Positions 12,715 to 25,632 of a DNA stretch of 64,000 nt are shown piece by piece (the stretch's first letter is position 1; the number at the start of each line of letters is the position of its first letter). The position numbers and the translations under genes are program-made. Origin of the DNA: Octopus vulgaris (Eukaryota); the NCBI GenBank assembly GCA_951406725.2, contig OX597833.1, positions 56,606,001 to 56,670,000 of the forward strand, given 5' to 3'. A model generated the notes under the pieces. It was not told the DNA's origin, ran no database searches, and worked only from the letters and a program-made list of their open reading frames with translations.

Positions 12715-14056
12715 TAAATATGATGAATATGTTTCAGTTTCTGCCTACCAAATCCATTTACAAGGCTTTGGTTGGTCTAGGGCTATGGTAGAAGACACTT
12801 GCCCAAGGTGCAATGCAGTGGGACTGAACCCGGAACCATGTGGTTGGTAAGCAAGCTACTTACCACACAGCCACTCCAACGCCTAAATATGATGAACATG
12901 TTTCAGTTTCTGCCTACCAAATCCATTTACAAGGCTTTGGTTGGTCTAGGGCTATGGTAGAAGACACTTGCCCAAGGTGCAATGCAGTGGGACTGAACCC
13001 GGAACCATGTGGTTGGTAAGCAAGCTACTTACCACACAGCCACTCCAACGCCTAAATATGATGAACATGTTTCAGTTTCTGCCTACCAAATCCATTTACA
13101 AGGCTTTGGTTGGTCTAGGGCTATGGTAGAAGACACTTGCCCAAGGTGCAATGCAGTGGGACTGAACCCGGAACCATGTGGTTGGTAAGCAAGCTACTTA
13201 CCACACAGCCACTCCAACACCTAAATATGATGAACATGTTTCAGTTTCTGCCTACCAAATCCATTTACAAGGCTTTGGTTGGTCTAGGGCTATGGTAGAA
13301 GACACTTGCCCAAGGTGCAATGCAGTGGGACTGAACCCGGAACCATGTGGTTGGTAAGCAAGCTACTTACCACACAGCCACTCCAACGCCTAAATATGAT
13401 GAACATGTTTCAGTTTCTGCCTACCAAATCCATTTACAAGGCTTTGGTTGGTCTAGGGCTATGGTAGAAGACACTTGCCCAAGGTGCAATGCAGTGGGAC
13501 TGAACCCGGAACCATGTGGTTGGTAAGCAAGCTACTTACCACACAGCCACTCCAACACCTAAATATGATGAACATGTTTCAGTTTCTGCCTACCAAATCC
13601 ATTTACAAGGCTTTGGTTGGTCTAGGGCTATGGTAGAAGACACTTGCCCAAGGTGCAATGCAGTGGGACTGAACCCGGAACCATGTGGTTGGTAAGCAAG
13701 CTACTTACCACACAGCCACTCCAACACCTAAATATGATGAACATGTTTCAGTTTCTGCCTACCAAATCCATTTACAAGGCTTTGGTTGGTCTAGGGCTAT
13801 GGTAGAAGACACTTGCCCAAGGTGCCACGCAGTGGGACTGAACCCGGAACCATGTGGTTGGTAAGCAAGCTACTTACCACACAGCCACTCCAACACCTAA
13901 ATATGATGAACATGTTTCAGTTTCTGCCTACCAAATCCATTTACAAGGCTTTGGTTGGTCTAGGGCTATGGTAGAAGACACTTGCTCCAGGTGCCATGTA
14001 GTGAGATCGAATCTGAAACCATACGGCTGAGAAGCAAACTTCTTAATGGCACTGCC
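12562..14056 (-). repeat. 169-bp tandem array of SINE heads: 7 near-identical units plus 2 parental end units
   Basis: The motif gtttcagtttctgcctacc starts at 12731, 12900, 13069, 13238, 13407, 13576, 13745 and 13914, an exact 169-bp period. Confidence 0.97.
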
Positions 14057-16735
14057 AGAAACCAGAATAAGAATCATTTAGTCATAGAACCCTTCTAGTT
14101 TAAAGAAAGATGTGAATTTTTATTTCAAAATATGTAGGTCAATGAAACTTGCAAGAGTTTCTGAAGTTTCAATAAACATTTTTTCTTCAATTAAATTTGA
14201 AACTCAATCCTAAACATATTGCAGCAATTTCCTCAACCAAAAACGCTTTCCTTTTAATTTACATATCAATTATCATTGAATATGTGTATATTAAATTGAG
14301 TATTTGTACTTTGAAAACTATTTTGTGGAACTACAAAGTGAGACAGTGAGAAACCACTTGAATATGTGCTAAAAATGCCATCTGGTTTGCATGTAAATTC
14401 ATTTTAGCAAACAAATAACTTGCATTTGCTATAAATTTGATAGGGGCAAATTAAATTTTTAAATCATTCTCTTGGATGTATTTCAAAATACTTCCAAAAT
14501 GTTAGACAAGTCTGAAATATATAAATTTTAATTGAAATCTATGCACATGGGATTAAATTATAATAAAACTGGAAAATGTTAAGCAGTATTTATATATAAG
14601 TTGTAGTACAAATAATTAATTTGTCTTTTGGTCTCATTTGTAAAATACTTCACATTCTCTAATGAAACTATATACAACTAAGATTTCATTTATTTGTTCT
14701 AAAGCTTTAAGCTTTATAACTACAGCTCAATACAGGGCTGCCCAATAATTGATTTTTAAAATTAGATCTATAAAACTAAAATAAATTTTGAGTGCCAGTA
14801 TCCATGTTTTCGATAAAATCATTATGCATATGCATATATCTCAAAATTGCTGCATTTGAGAGTAATCTAAGATCTGGAATGTATTCAAAATACATCCACA
14901 GGAATACTGTACATATTTCATTTTATCTTCTATGAATATTTCATAATCTTTCATTTATTATAGAAAATGATTGATTAAATATTGTGTCAGTTCTAACTAT
15001 CTGATTACTACTACAGGAAAGAAAAGAAAAAAGAACCTGAAAAATACTCATATGATAAGTAAACAAAAAAAATTGGTTATCTCCAATAATATCTTTGCTG
15101 ATAATCACTGTTATATTATTCTCTTTTACTGTTTGAGATGTATTTAATAATGTATGCCCAATAAATAGTCCAAAATCTACTTCTATTTGCTATTCTTTTC
15201 GCTAATTTACTATAATCTTGTCAATTATATTGATGTCTGAATCTCTATTGAAGCTACTATATACAGATGAGCTAATATTCAACACTAAATCAATACAGGA
15301 ACAAAGCCATGTCTGAGACCATGATTGAGGTCTTAGAATCAAAGAAACTGATATTGAATATAGAAGATCTGAGATATTATTTAGTGGCTATAATTGAGCT
15401 AAGGTTTAAAAATAAGAAAAAGGTTGTAATTTGTATATTGGAAAGTCTAGGCAGAGATATAGTCATATCTAGTAATTTGTAGCTGTATACTAGTGACAAA
15501 TACCTCTCCTGTAATTTTTACCCCTCTTCAGTCTATGGATTTTTTCTTCTCCATAACAATTTTTCTTCTTATTTTTTCATTCTAACTGCACCCTATCATT
15601 ATAGAACATACTCATGAAAGGAGATACTATGAATCCTTTCCAGTTGTTTATGGCAATGTCTAAAATAAACTTTTGTAAAATTTAGAAAAAAAGGCTAATG
15701 GCGTTGATTAGCAATGTATATGGAAAATGTCCAGTATTTCTTGTATTTCTGATAAGTTGCATTTTCAACAATTCTATATCAACTCTGTCATATTAACAGT
15801 TTAAAATTGCAGTCTAGTGTACATTATGCTCAGGGGAAAAATAAAAATTCATGACTGAAAGAGATAGTCACTGTTCAATCAGGGATGGCCCATGGGTATT
15901 TAAAGCAACTTTATGATGGTGATATCAATTTGGGCTACACTTTAACATGATAAGTATTGAAATGCATATCATTGATATTATGCAAAAGTGTCGTAAGTCC
16001 AAAATGTTGCTTTTTCAGAAAACAAAAAAAATAATTTCACCATTCCATAGCAAAAGTGTTCTACTACACTTTGGCAATTTTTTATGTCTTGGCATCTGAA
16101 GCAGCTATAGATATGATAGTGTGACCAAAAGAACCGGTTATAGCAAGCAAAAACGAGTACTGAAAAAAATGCAATTGGCCAAATTTGGACATATGCCAGT
16201 TTAACATAATAGCAACGATATGTAATCCGAAATGATGGAGAGCTAAATATTTTGCACATGATACCTAAAAATTCAATATTTAGTACTCACTGAACTCACC
16301 AATGACCAGTGAGCCAGATAAGTAAATCAGTCGCCACAACTTGAAATAATAGGACTGAAAATATTGAGTGTTTTACTAGACCTGCTATGTAATAAAATAA
16401 TTTTATTTTTATTTTTCAATGAGTTTCAATTCAAATTAAAATGGAATCATACAAAAGTTTAATGTAAAATGTTATCAGAGACATTGTATAGACCTTGTAA
16501 TTAGTAACACACTTCATAAACTATGAGAATTAGGGTTCAGTATATATTGATTTAAAAAGTGAATAACTTCCAAAGCAAAGGGATCACAAATAACTGCTCG
16601 TTTATAAAATGACTGATATATTTCAGTAATGCTAGATTATGTCAATCAATTAAGACAATCAGAGATCAGCAAGTACATTCTAATATGTAAAGGCATAAAA
16701 GTAGAAAATTCACCAATATATGTGCAGTTTGACAA

Positions 16736-17115
16736 CCATAAAGTCCAACCCCTCCTCAAAGCGGTAGGGTGGTGTAAACAGGCAGTGTCAGAGCTATGCT
16801 GTCGGGAACTTCGGTTCCTGGTAGGGCCACGCAAAGCAGATTGGTCTGGCACCGAGTGGTATTAGGGCCACAGTTTGGCCAACAGGGCTCTGGTGAAAAT
16901 TCCAAGAGGCGTCTGATCGGCAACCGGTGGCTTCGAGGTCGTTCTGTCACTGCGTCTGTGGAGACTCCGTGGCGAACAGGGCATCCCGTCACTCGGGATA
17001 TGCATGCGGGATGTCGGGGACCACTTGTGAATTCAATATTCCCATGAAACTTCTTCTATGAGAGAAGAAGCCGGCTCAACCCTCCCTGGATGAACGCCGT
17101 CACAAGTAAGTACGA
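16736..17115 (+). mobile_element. Non-autonomous RTE-derived retroelement (5'-UTR-like body, (AAGT)n tail)
   Basis: 10-bp TSD AGTTTGACAA at 16726-16735 and 17116-17125; GC/CpG-rich; GAGCTATG...AGGGCCACGCAA...GGTC motif resembles RTE/BovB 5' UTRs; ends caagtaagta. Confidence 0.7.
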
Positions 17116-17516
17116 AGTTTGACAATTATGTTACATTGAGTGAAAAGTTGGTAAATCATGAAGATAAATAGAGATACCATAAGAAACAATATCATGTAGA
17201 CATTTATATAATGTTAAGAAAATTCCAAGTTTTCTAACAATTATAGAATTTCTGTATATGATATGTTATTAGTTGATTTCCTTTTTAACTGAACCTTTCT
17301 CTAAACATTTATATCAAAATATCAATTATTAAAAGAGTTAAAACTTCTTTTGTTTTAAATATCAACCTGTCTGAGACCACTCAAACTAAAATGCTCATAT
17401 TTCAATTAAAATCTTGTTCAAAAGCTCATTTAAATATAAATAAGCCCCCTCCTCCAGCTGCTTTTATACTTCATCTAGAGTGATTATGCAGGTGCCACAA
17501 GAAAATGTGTTCTATA

Positions 17517-17866
17517 TCTCTCTATATATAAATGGCAAAATGTCTGCGTGCGTGTCCCAATTTTTCAGTTAGAGGGCTCGCACTTTCTATGGTCATTCAA
17601 AACCATCCAAGGGTGGTCGTGCACATCTTTACATTTCCCCAGTCACCCCGCAAAGACATTAAAAAATCAATAGAAGTTACTTTTTTGTGAATTTTCTATC
17701 TAAAACCCAATCAAAATGCCCGAAACTTGATATGCCAATTGAAAGCTTGCTAGCTGTATGTGATTGGTCAGAGATTTGGATAGTACTCGTATATATGTGC
17801 GCATGCACGCAACTGTATATGCATGCACTAGCATTATGACCCGGCATTGCTGGGTCATAGTGCTAG
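17517..17866 (+). mobile_element. Non-autonomous Helitron, family H1
   Basis: A|TCTCTCTATATATAAA start and hairpin-CTAG|T end; short internal deletion relative to the other copies. Confidence 0.85.
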
Positions 17867-18137
17867 TACATTATAAAGTGGTTGGTGATTGAACAGAGAA
17901 AGCATAGGGCTGTGAGATTCCTTCAGTCTAGTCTCAGCAAAGACTTATCAACCCCTCTAGTGTTAGTGCCCTGCTAAATTCTATAAAGTGGTTGGCAACA
18001 AGAAGAGCATCAAGCCATAGAAACCAAACCAAGAGACAAGTACAAGTACCAACCTATTAGTGCAATGCCCCACCCACCCACCCAATAAGAAATTACTCAG
18101 ACTATAATGACTTATCTAACCCACACCAGCATGGAAA

Positions 18138-18380
18138 CTGAATGGAACGACGATTTCATCTCAATTGAAGGAGAGGGGCTTTCTCTGTCCGGGTTGCGGA
18201 TCCATGGAATAAGCTGCCGGACGAGATAGTGAAGATGCTGACGACTGCTCGGTTCAAAGTCTCTCTTGACCAGAAATGGCCTGAACTCTTTGTATGGCCA
18301 CCCTCTCTGTATATAACTCCCTGTCCCCCCTACATGGCCTTGCTTTTGCTTTTTGAGCCAATAAAAATTGAATTGAATTG
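18138..18380 (+). mobile_element. 5'-truncated CR1/L2-clade LINE 3' end
   Basis: Encodes RRGAFSVRVADPWNKLPDEIVKMLTTARFKVSLDQKWPELF, a typical CR1 ORF2 C-terminus, then AATAAA and an (AATTG)n tail. Confidence 0.85.
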
Positions 18381-18966
18381 GAAAAGGAGGGGTTGTTGTT
18401 GGAGAAGATGAAGATGATGATGACAGCAATGACAATTTCAGTGAGCTAATACTAGCAAGAAACATTAATATATAACATTACAGATATCTTATTGAAGCTC
18501 TCCAAAATCTTGATTATACTGATCAGGAATTGAAATGCATAAGCAGTCTGCTTGTTTGGGGATATACAGTCACAAAAGTATTAATAATTCCGAAGAAGAA
18601 TAGCGAAGTAAATTCTAAACACTAGTGTTTATTTTGGTAGTTTCTCAATATTGAAAGAGAATTATTCTCTGATTTGTTGCAGATGACAGAGAACAAACTG
18701 AAATAATATGTTGTTATGGGGAAAGAATACAAAAATGTGTAAATTCTCTTTTTTCTTCCCCCGCAATATTCTATTTTCTCATACACTGAGATAAAAAGAA
18801 AAAACTGTACTGTAAAATTTAATTTACAGAAGACTGAATGAATAATTTCAGCATAAATTTCACTTGGTTTCATATTCTACACATTTTTAGAAGTATGTAG
18901 AATCAAGGGTGGGAGCAACCATGTATCTTCTCTACAATAAGAAACCTGTTCTGACTCCTTCCTTCA

Positions 18967-19320
18967 TACTCTTTTCCTCTTTACTCTTACTTGTTTCAGT
19001 CATTTTACTGCGGCCATGCTGGAACACTGCCTTTAATCAAGCAAATCGACCCTGAGACTTATTCTTTGTAAGCCTAGTACTTATTCTATCGGTCTCTTTT
19101 GCTGAACTGCTAAGTTACGGGGACTTAAATACACCAGCATCGGTTCTCGAGCGATGTTGGGGGGGGGGGACAAGACACACATACATATGACGGGCTTCTT
19201 TCAGTTTCCGTCTATCAAATCCACTCACAAGACACTTGCCCAAGGTGCCACGCAGTGGGACTGAACCTGGAACCATGTGGTTGGTAAGCAAGCTACTTAC
19301 CACACAGCCACTCCTGTGCC
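18967..19320 (-). mobile_element. SINE-A with a small internal deletion
   Basis: SINE-A sequence; the segment between cactcacaag and acacttgcc is missing. Confidence 0.9.
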
Positions 19321-19454
19321 TATGTACTCTATCCTTTCATCACATAGTATATAAAGCTGTTTCCCTCTCTTCTATAACACCACTCAGTTGATGGAGATCT
19401 TAGTCTAGTGAGCTACTTACCAACCTCACTACTGCTTGTACCACAAAAGAAGAA

Positions 19455-19698
19455 AAACCCTGTAAAGTGGTTGGCATTAGGAGGGACATCCAGCTATAGA
19501 AACCATACCAAAGCAGACATTGGGGCATGTCCTCTACCCCATAGGATTCTGTCAAACTGACCAACACATTCTAGCATGGAAAATGGACATCTAAAGATGA
19601 TGGTGGTGGTGGTGGTGATGATGGTGGTAGTGGTGGTGATGGTGATGGTGATGATGATGATGATGATGATAATGATGATGATGATGATGATGATGATG
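19455..19698 (+). mobile_element. Old SINE-B 3' part with expanded (GGT)/(GAT)n tail
   Basis: aaagtggttggcattaggagggacatccagctatagaaacc...agcatggaaaatggacat followed by a trinucleotide tract. Confidence 0.7.
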
Positions 19699-19916
19699 AA
19701 TACAGACACATTACATAAGGCGGTAAAAGTTTATAGTATGAAATAAATAAATAATTTTTTTTTTTTTTAAATAAACCAAGCAAAATATAAATATAAAAAT
19801 ATGTAATATGTCTAGATACAAACACAAATAGAAAATAAAAAGAACTTCTGAAACCTTGATATTTTTTATAAGACCATGTATCTGCACTTGATTTTTGTGT
19901 GTGTGTGTATGTGTGT

Positions 19917-20110
19917 GTGAAGGCATGTGGCTTAGTGGTTAGGGTATTTGCCTCATGAACATGAGGTCATGAGTTCAATTCCTGACAGTGCATTGTGTCC
20001 TTGAGCAAGAAACTTTATTCCGCATATTTTCAATCCACTCAGCTGGTAGAAATGAGTAGTACCTGTAATTCAAAGAGACAGCCTTGTCACATTCTGTGTC
20101 ACACTCTGCT
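19917..20110 (+). mobile_element. tRNA-derived SINE-E, 3'-truncated
   Basis: gtggcttagtggttaggg (A box)...gagttcaattcct (B box)...tccttgagcaag. Confidence 0.7.
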
Positions 20111-20518
20111 CTAAGCTAAGCTTAGGCAAGGGCTTTTGTTATTCTTTTTTAACGGAGGACCATCAGTTGCCCATGCACACATGTCTCCTTTTGCACACCA
20201 CCAATGCTGTTGGAAGGAAATGCCAAAGTCGAATTGCTTGATACCAGCGTCATCACAAGCATTACTGTCAGCATACAAAGAACCATAACAGATACCAAAA
20301 GGCTTCTTGTCCAACATTCTAATTCTGCCAACCTGTCACCCTTGAATGATACTTATTAATCCAAAAAGGAGAATGAAAACAAAAGTTGACACTAATGGGA
20401 TTTGAATTCAGAGTGTACAAACTTGAACTAAATTACCACAAGGCATTTTATCTGATGCTCTAATGACTACTACCATATCTTACTTACATACATGTAATCC
20501 ACAAACAAACATATCATA

Positions 20519-20922
20519 TACTCTTTTACTTGTTTCAGTCATTTGACTGCGGCCATGCTGGAGCACCACCTTTTAGTTGAGCAAATCGACCCCAGGACTT
20601 ATTCTTTGTAAGGCTAGTACTTTTTCTATCGGACTCTTTTGCCGAACCGCTAAATTACAGGGACGTAAACACACCAGCATCGGTTGTCAAGCGATGTTGG
20701 GGGGACAAACACAGACACACAAACATATACACATACACACACATATATATACATATATACGACAGGCTTCTTTCAGTTTCTGTCTACCAAATCCACTCAC
20801 AAGGCTTTCGTCGGCCCGAGGCTATAGTAGAAGACACTTGCCCAAGGTGCCACGCAGTGGGACTGAACCCGGAACCATGTGATTCGTAAGCAAGCTACTT
20901 ACCACACAGCCACTCCTATGCC
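20519..20922 (-). mobile_element. SINE-A, full length
   Basis: Matches the family end to end. Confidence 0.92.
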
Positions 20923-21379
20923 TACATATAATATATATCTAACACTAGTAAGTAGGTGTAAATATAAAGGAAGGAAGGAAGAAGGAAAATACAGCCGGCA
21001 GCCAGACAGACAGATTATAGACATTTCAATGTATAATTAAGTTTTCAATCAGCAGTAATGTCACTGAGTATAGTACCATCTTTGGGAAGGGAAGCAATAG
21101 AGGACTAAAAAAATATAATAAATAACACAGTTGCTGCAGAGAAATAATTATACAGAGGAGAGTAGTGAATGGGAGAATTGCCTTACAAAAACCATGCCAT
21201 GATCATTTTTGTTACAACCAAATGAAGTTGGGAAGTCAGATCAGTAGCTGCTGGGTCTTACAGATGAGGCAATAAAAGACGGAGATGAGTGGAAATATGA
21301 TGTACTATTGAAGCCACAGTTGCAGAGATATTAAAATGATGCTGATGATATAGACTATACTGTGATAATACTATAATAA

Positions 21380-21743
21380 CTAGCACTATGACCCGGCAAC
21401 GCCAGGTCATAGAGCTAGTGCGTGCATATACAGCTGCGTGCGTGCACACATACATGCGAGTACTGTCCAAATCTCCGACCAATCATATACAGCTAGCTGG
21501 CATTCAATTGGCGTATCAAGTTTTGGGCATTTTGATTGGGTTTGGGATAGAAAATTCACAAAAAGGTCACTTCTATTGACTTTTTAATGGCTTTGCAGGG
21601 TGGCTGGGGAAATGTAAAGATGTGCACGACCACCCTTCGATGGTTTTGAACGACCATAGAAAGTGAGAGCCCTCTAACTGAAAAATTGTGGATTTGTATA
21701 AAGGACACACACACAGACATTTTGCCGTTTATATAGAGAGAGA
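21380..21743 (-). mobile_element. Non-autonomous Helitron, family H1
   Basis: Same termini and body as 5138-5500. Confidence 0.85.
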
Positions 21744-24084
21744 TGAGTCCTTATGCATATGCAAGACTTCAGATCTAGACAGGAAAGGGAAAATGAGTAT
21801 ATGACATTTATACCTTTCTCAAGAAATTTGTAAATGAAGGTAAACGGTTTAAATCAGGAATCAAGAACTAGGTCAGAGACGCCACCAACAAGTGACTTGC
21901 CTCTACTAAGCTCATCACAGAGTAACAATTATAAACATTACTTCTGAAGTATATAGTCTCCATAGAAATCTTGGGTCCATTAATGCAATGATATGTATGT
22001 ACAGACGTATTCACAAATTTGACATCACTACTACCACCACTACTACTACTACTAATACTAATACTACTACTACCATTTTTTGTCCTCTTCTTTATAATGT
22101 AATAATGATCATCATCAACAACAGCATTAATATAATGATGATGTTGAACACTACACTAATAACAATTACAAAAATAACAGCGCCAGTAACAGCAGCAACG
22201 ACAAATATGAAAAGCATTTACAATGGAATAAATGACAGCTACAGCAATTTAACCGTTCGCTATAAAAATAGGGCCATAGAAACTTCCAGTAATTTTGCTT
22301 GTGTGTTGAGTCGAGTGATAGACATTGATGGCCAACATCCCTTCAGGGTAGATTCTGTAATTGCCTTTTATGTAGACAGGTATTCTTGTCGATAAAGAAC
22401 AGAAGGTAGTTTTCTACTGTTTTACTATGGTGACAATTGTGTGCAGAAATAAATATGGTGGTTTTAGCATTCTAAACCAGAAAAAAAAACAAGAGTAAAA
22501 GGAAGAGGAGAATTGGTCAGAGTCATAGCTAATAAAGAACACTGTTTATACATAAAGTAAGCAATCATCATTATTGCCATAGTCACTACAAGCTCAGCCT
22601 ACTGGCAGTTATATTCGATGGGTTGAGCAGGTCTGCAATTTCATTTTCTTTATCAAACTGTCTTGATCTTTGCTTTCCTGCCTAAGACACGAACTTATTC
22701 ACCCTTCCAATTTCCTTTTTTCTAAAACCCGTGGAATTCATACCTCTCTAAGAAAATGATGATGATGACGACAACAACAGTGATGATGATGATAACAATG
22801 ATGATGATGACGATGATGATGATAACAACTGGAATAGCAGGTGGGTTATGTTGCTGAAAAGAACTAAAGCCTGTCTAGTGAATGAGTAGGCTATGTTAAC
22901 GTTTCTGAATTTTTGGCTACTGTATAAAAACTATTGCAGTAATGCACCTGCTTCTGGCTACTCCTGCTTTTCTATTATCTAAATTTATTTAGTCGTATCT
23001 CAGGAGAGTCATTATGCCTGTAATAAATTTATTTATATTTACAGTCAGTTGTGTCTATCTCATCAACATCTATAAGCTCCATTCGTCAAGTTGACAGATT
23101 CAGGTTATGCCCAAGACAACCCTTCAATGCTTTGTCAATCAAGTCAACACCAAGGAGTTATTTCTTTCTCATAGTTATAATTTATAAATTTAGATATGAC
23201 CAATAGTAAAAAATGAGAACATGGATCTTTGTCAGTTTCAGCAATAAGGAGCCAGCTGTTCAGTCAACTGAATTAACTATCTAGAATTAGTATGTATATG
23301 GCTGAATACTCCACAGGTAACTTACCATGAGACAGTGTGTGATGAGGCTGTACTTTTGAATCACAAGTACAATCCATTTGAGAGGCTTCTGTACAGTTTC
23401 TGTCTATCCAATTTCACTCACAAGACTTGGGTTGACTTGAGACAATTGTAAAGAAAGAAGCTTGCCCTAGATACCGAGTGGTGGGATCAAACCTAAGACC
23501 TCATGATTGAGAAGCTGGCTTCTTAACCATTTCACTATGCAACAACCAAAATCTGACCAATATCTAAAAGCTACATGTCAAGTTAACATCAGTTTAGAAT
23601 GTGATACTCATCTAAGAAAAAGCTACAGGTTATATTAATCAACTCACAGGTTGTCTATTCAGTCAACACAAACAGCAATTGTTGATCTATTTGACATTTA
23701 CAAGCTATATCTTATGTATTTGTATCCTACAGGTTATGGTCCACCTAATTGCAAAACAACATTTACTTAGTCTTTCTTTGAAAAGACAAGAATATTTGGC
23801 AGGTTACTTCTGGATAACTGATGAAAGTAATAAAAAACAAGATAAGCAATAAATAAGAATGAGCTAAGAATTTTTCTTGAGGCCCATGCTAAATCAATAT
23901 TGCACTTTATTGTTTTAGATGACGTTTAGATATGGTATACTAATTGGAGTTTCAATAGCTGGATTTTATTTAGGACAACAAGAACTGAAAGAAAATCTCA
24001 TGGTGCATGCAATTTTACAAATTGTGCTGAAGCAAAATGTCCTTGAAACAAAACAGTGATACATTCTATATAATAATTTCCAAC

Positions 24085-24508
24085 ACTCTCTCTTTTTTTA
24101 CTCTTTTACTTGTTTCAGTCATTTGACTGCGGCCATGCTGGAGCACCGCCTTTAGTCGAGCAAATCGAACCCGGGACTTATTCTTTGTAAGCCCAGTACT
24201 TATTCTATCGGTCTCTTTTGCCGAACCACTAAGTGACGGGGACGTAAACACACCAGCATCGGTTGTCAAGCAATGCTAGGGGGACAAACACAGACACACA
24301 AACATATACACACACACTTATATATATATATATATATACATATATACGACAAGCTTCTTTCGGTTTCCGTCTACCAAATCCACTCACAAGGCATTGGTCG
24401 GCCCGGGGCTATAGCAGAAGACACTTGCCCAAAATGCCACACAGTGGGACTGAACCCGGAACCATGTGGTTGGTTAGCAAGCTACTTACCACACAGCCAC
24501 TCCTGCGC
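24085..24508 (-). mobile_element. SINE-A, full length
   Basis: Matches the family end to end. Confidence 0.92.
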
Positions 24509-25373
24509 AACTTATTTTGATAAACATCTGTATGTTTCACTCTAAAAGCATTATTTCTGAAGTAAATAATTTTGTTGTTCAAATGCCAAGTATGGCTGTG
24601 TGATAAAGCAGTTTACTTCCTAAATGTGCTTTCACTTTCAATTTCCCTGTATAACATCTTGGGTGTCTTCTTGTACGTAATTTTGGATGAGCAATGCCTT
24701 GTGAGAAATTTGGGAGATGGAAACTGCAAAAAGCCTGTCATAAACATACAGAAAAGCTTACTTGCTACATACCTACATATGTATATAAGTAGATATGTAT
24801 ATATATATATATGTGTAAAGAAGATAAAGCTAAGAAGAACATTGGAAATTATAGCAAAAGTACAAGAAACAAAGTACAGCTAGGGCTTGCTGTGAGGAAT
24901 GTTGGCAGTTTGAGGCACCTTAAATCATGGGTAAATGTTCACTTTCTAAACATGTCAATTTATATTTGCTTCTATGTGAGAGTGTATGAATGCATGACTG
25001 AATATTTATATTCAGGTTTATGAAGGGTACATACTGTAGCACTGGAAAGGTATGAATGTGCTGTTTTAAGTACACAATTTGGCACACACGTCACAAAACA
25101 CAAGTACTGTTACATGATAGTCAGTGTGTGTGCTGAGCTGGGTTCCTAATACTAATTCTATTCTTTGTTAAACACTTTTCACTTTTCTAATACCTACAAT
25201 TTCACGCCGTAGTCAACAGAACGTTCAGAGATAAGCGATGTCAAGCTTGTTCACCCTAAAACACACTAAATGAATATGAAGTTTTTTTTATATTTTAACC
25301 TAAAAACACATTTCATGTAAGGAACATTTTCTTGTGTGTATGTGTATGTATAGACAGGCAGGCAGGCAGATAG

Positions 25374-25510
<137 letters not shown>

Positions 25511-25584
25511 CTGAACAAATGAAAGAAAGTGGCACTCAAATTTGGTTGGAGTTCATGCATTTAATAACAATCTGATTCAGCTTC

Positions 25585-25632
25585 ACATTAAAGTTTTGTG
25601 AGGACATATGACATGCCCACCTCATCAGATGC
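25585..25632 (-). ncRNA. Decayed minimal hammerhead ribozyme motif (Penelope LTR-like)
   Basis: Minus strand reads GCAT-CTGATGA-GGTGGGCATGTCATATGTCCTCAC-AAAAC-TTTA-ATGT, with the GAAA core changed to AAAA; lies downstream of a GIY-YIG remnant on the same strand. Confidence 0.4.

Noticed and set aside
12562-14056. CRISPR-like array or tRNA gene cluster
   Set aside because: Units are near-identical along their whole length with no unique spacers and no cas genes nearby. The heads are SINE-derived and I cannot fold them into a complete cloverleaf.
16816-16885. Pistol ribozyme-like GTGG..TTAGGGCCAC
   Set aside because: Resembles the pistol P1 loop, but the complementary CCCTAA pseudoknot strand and the conserved UAAA linker are absent.
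16629-17047. Overlapping GC-rich ORFs (68-83 aa)
   Set aside because: They overlap a TSD-bounded insert, show no recognisable domain, and are expected by chance at this GC content.
24263-24545. Recurrent peptides such as [28 protein letters not shown]
   Set aside because: Antisense translations of SINE-A; the recurrence reflects the repeat, not a gene family.
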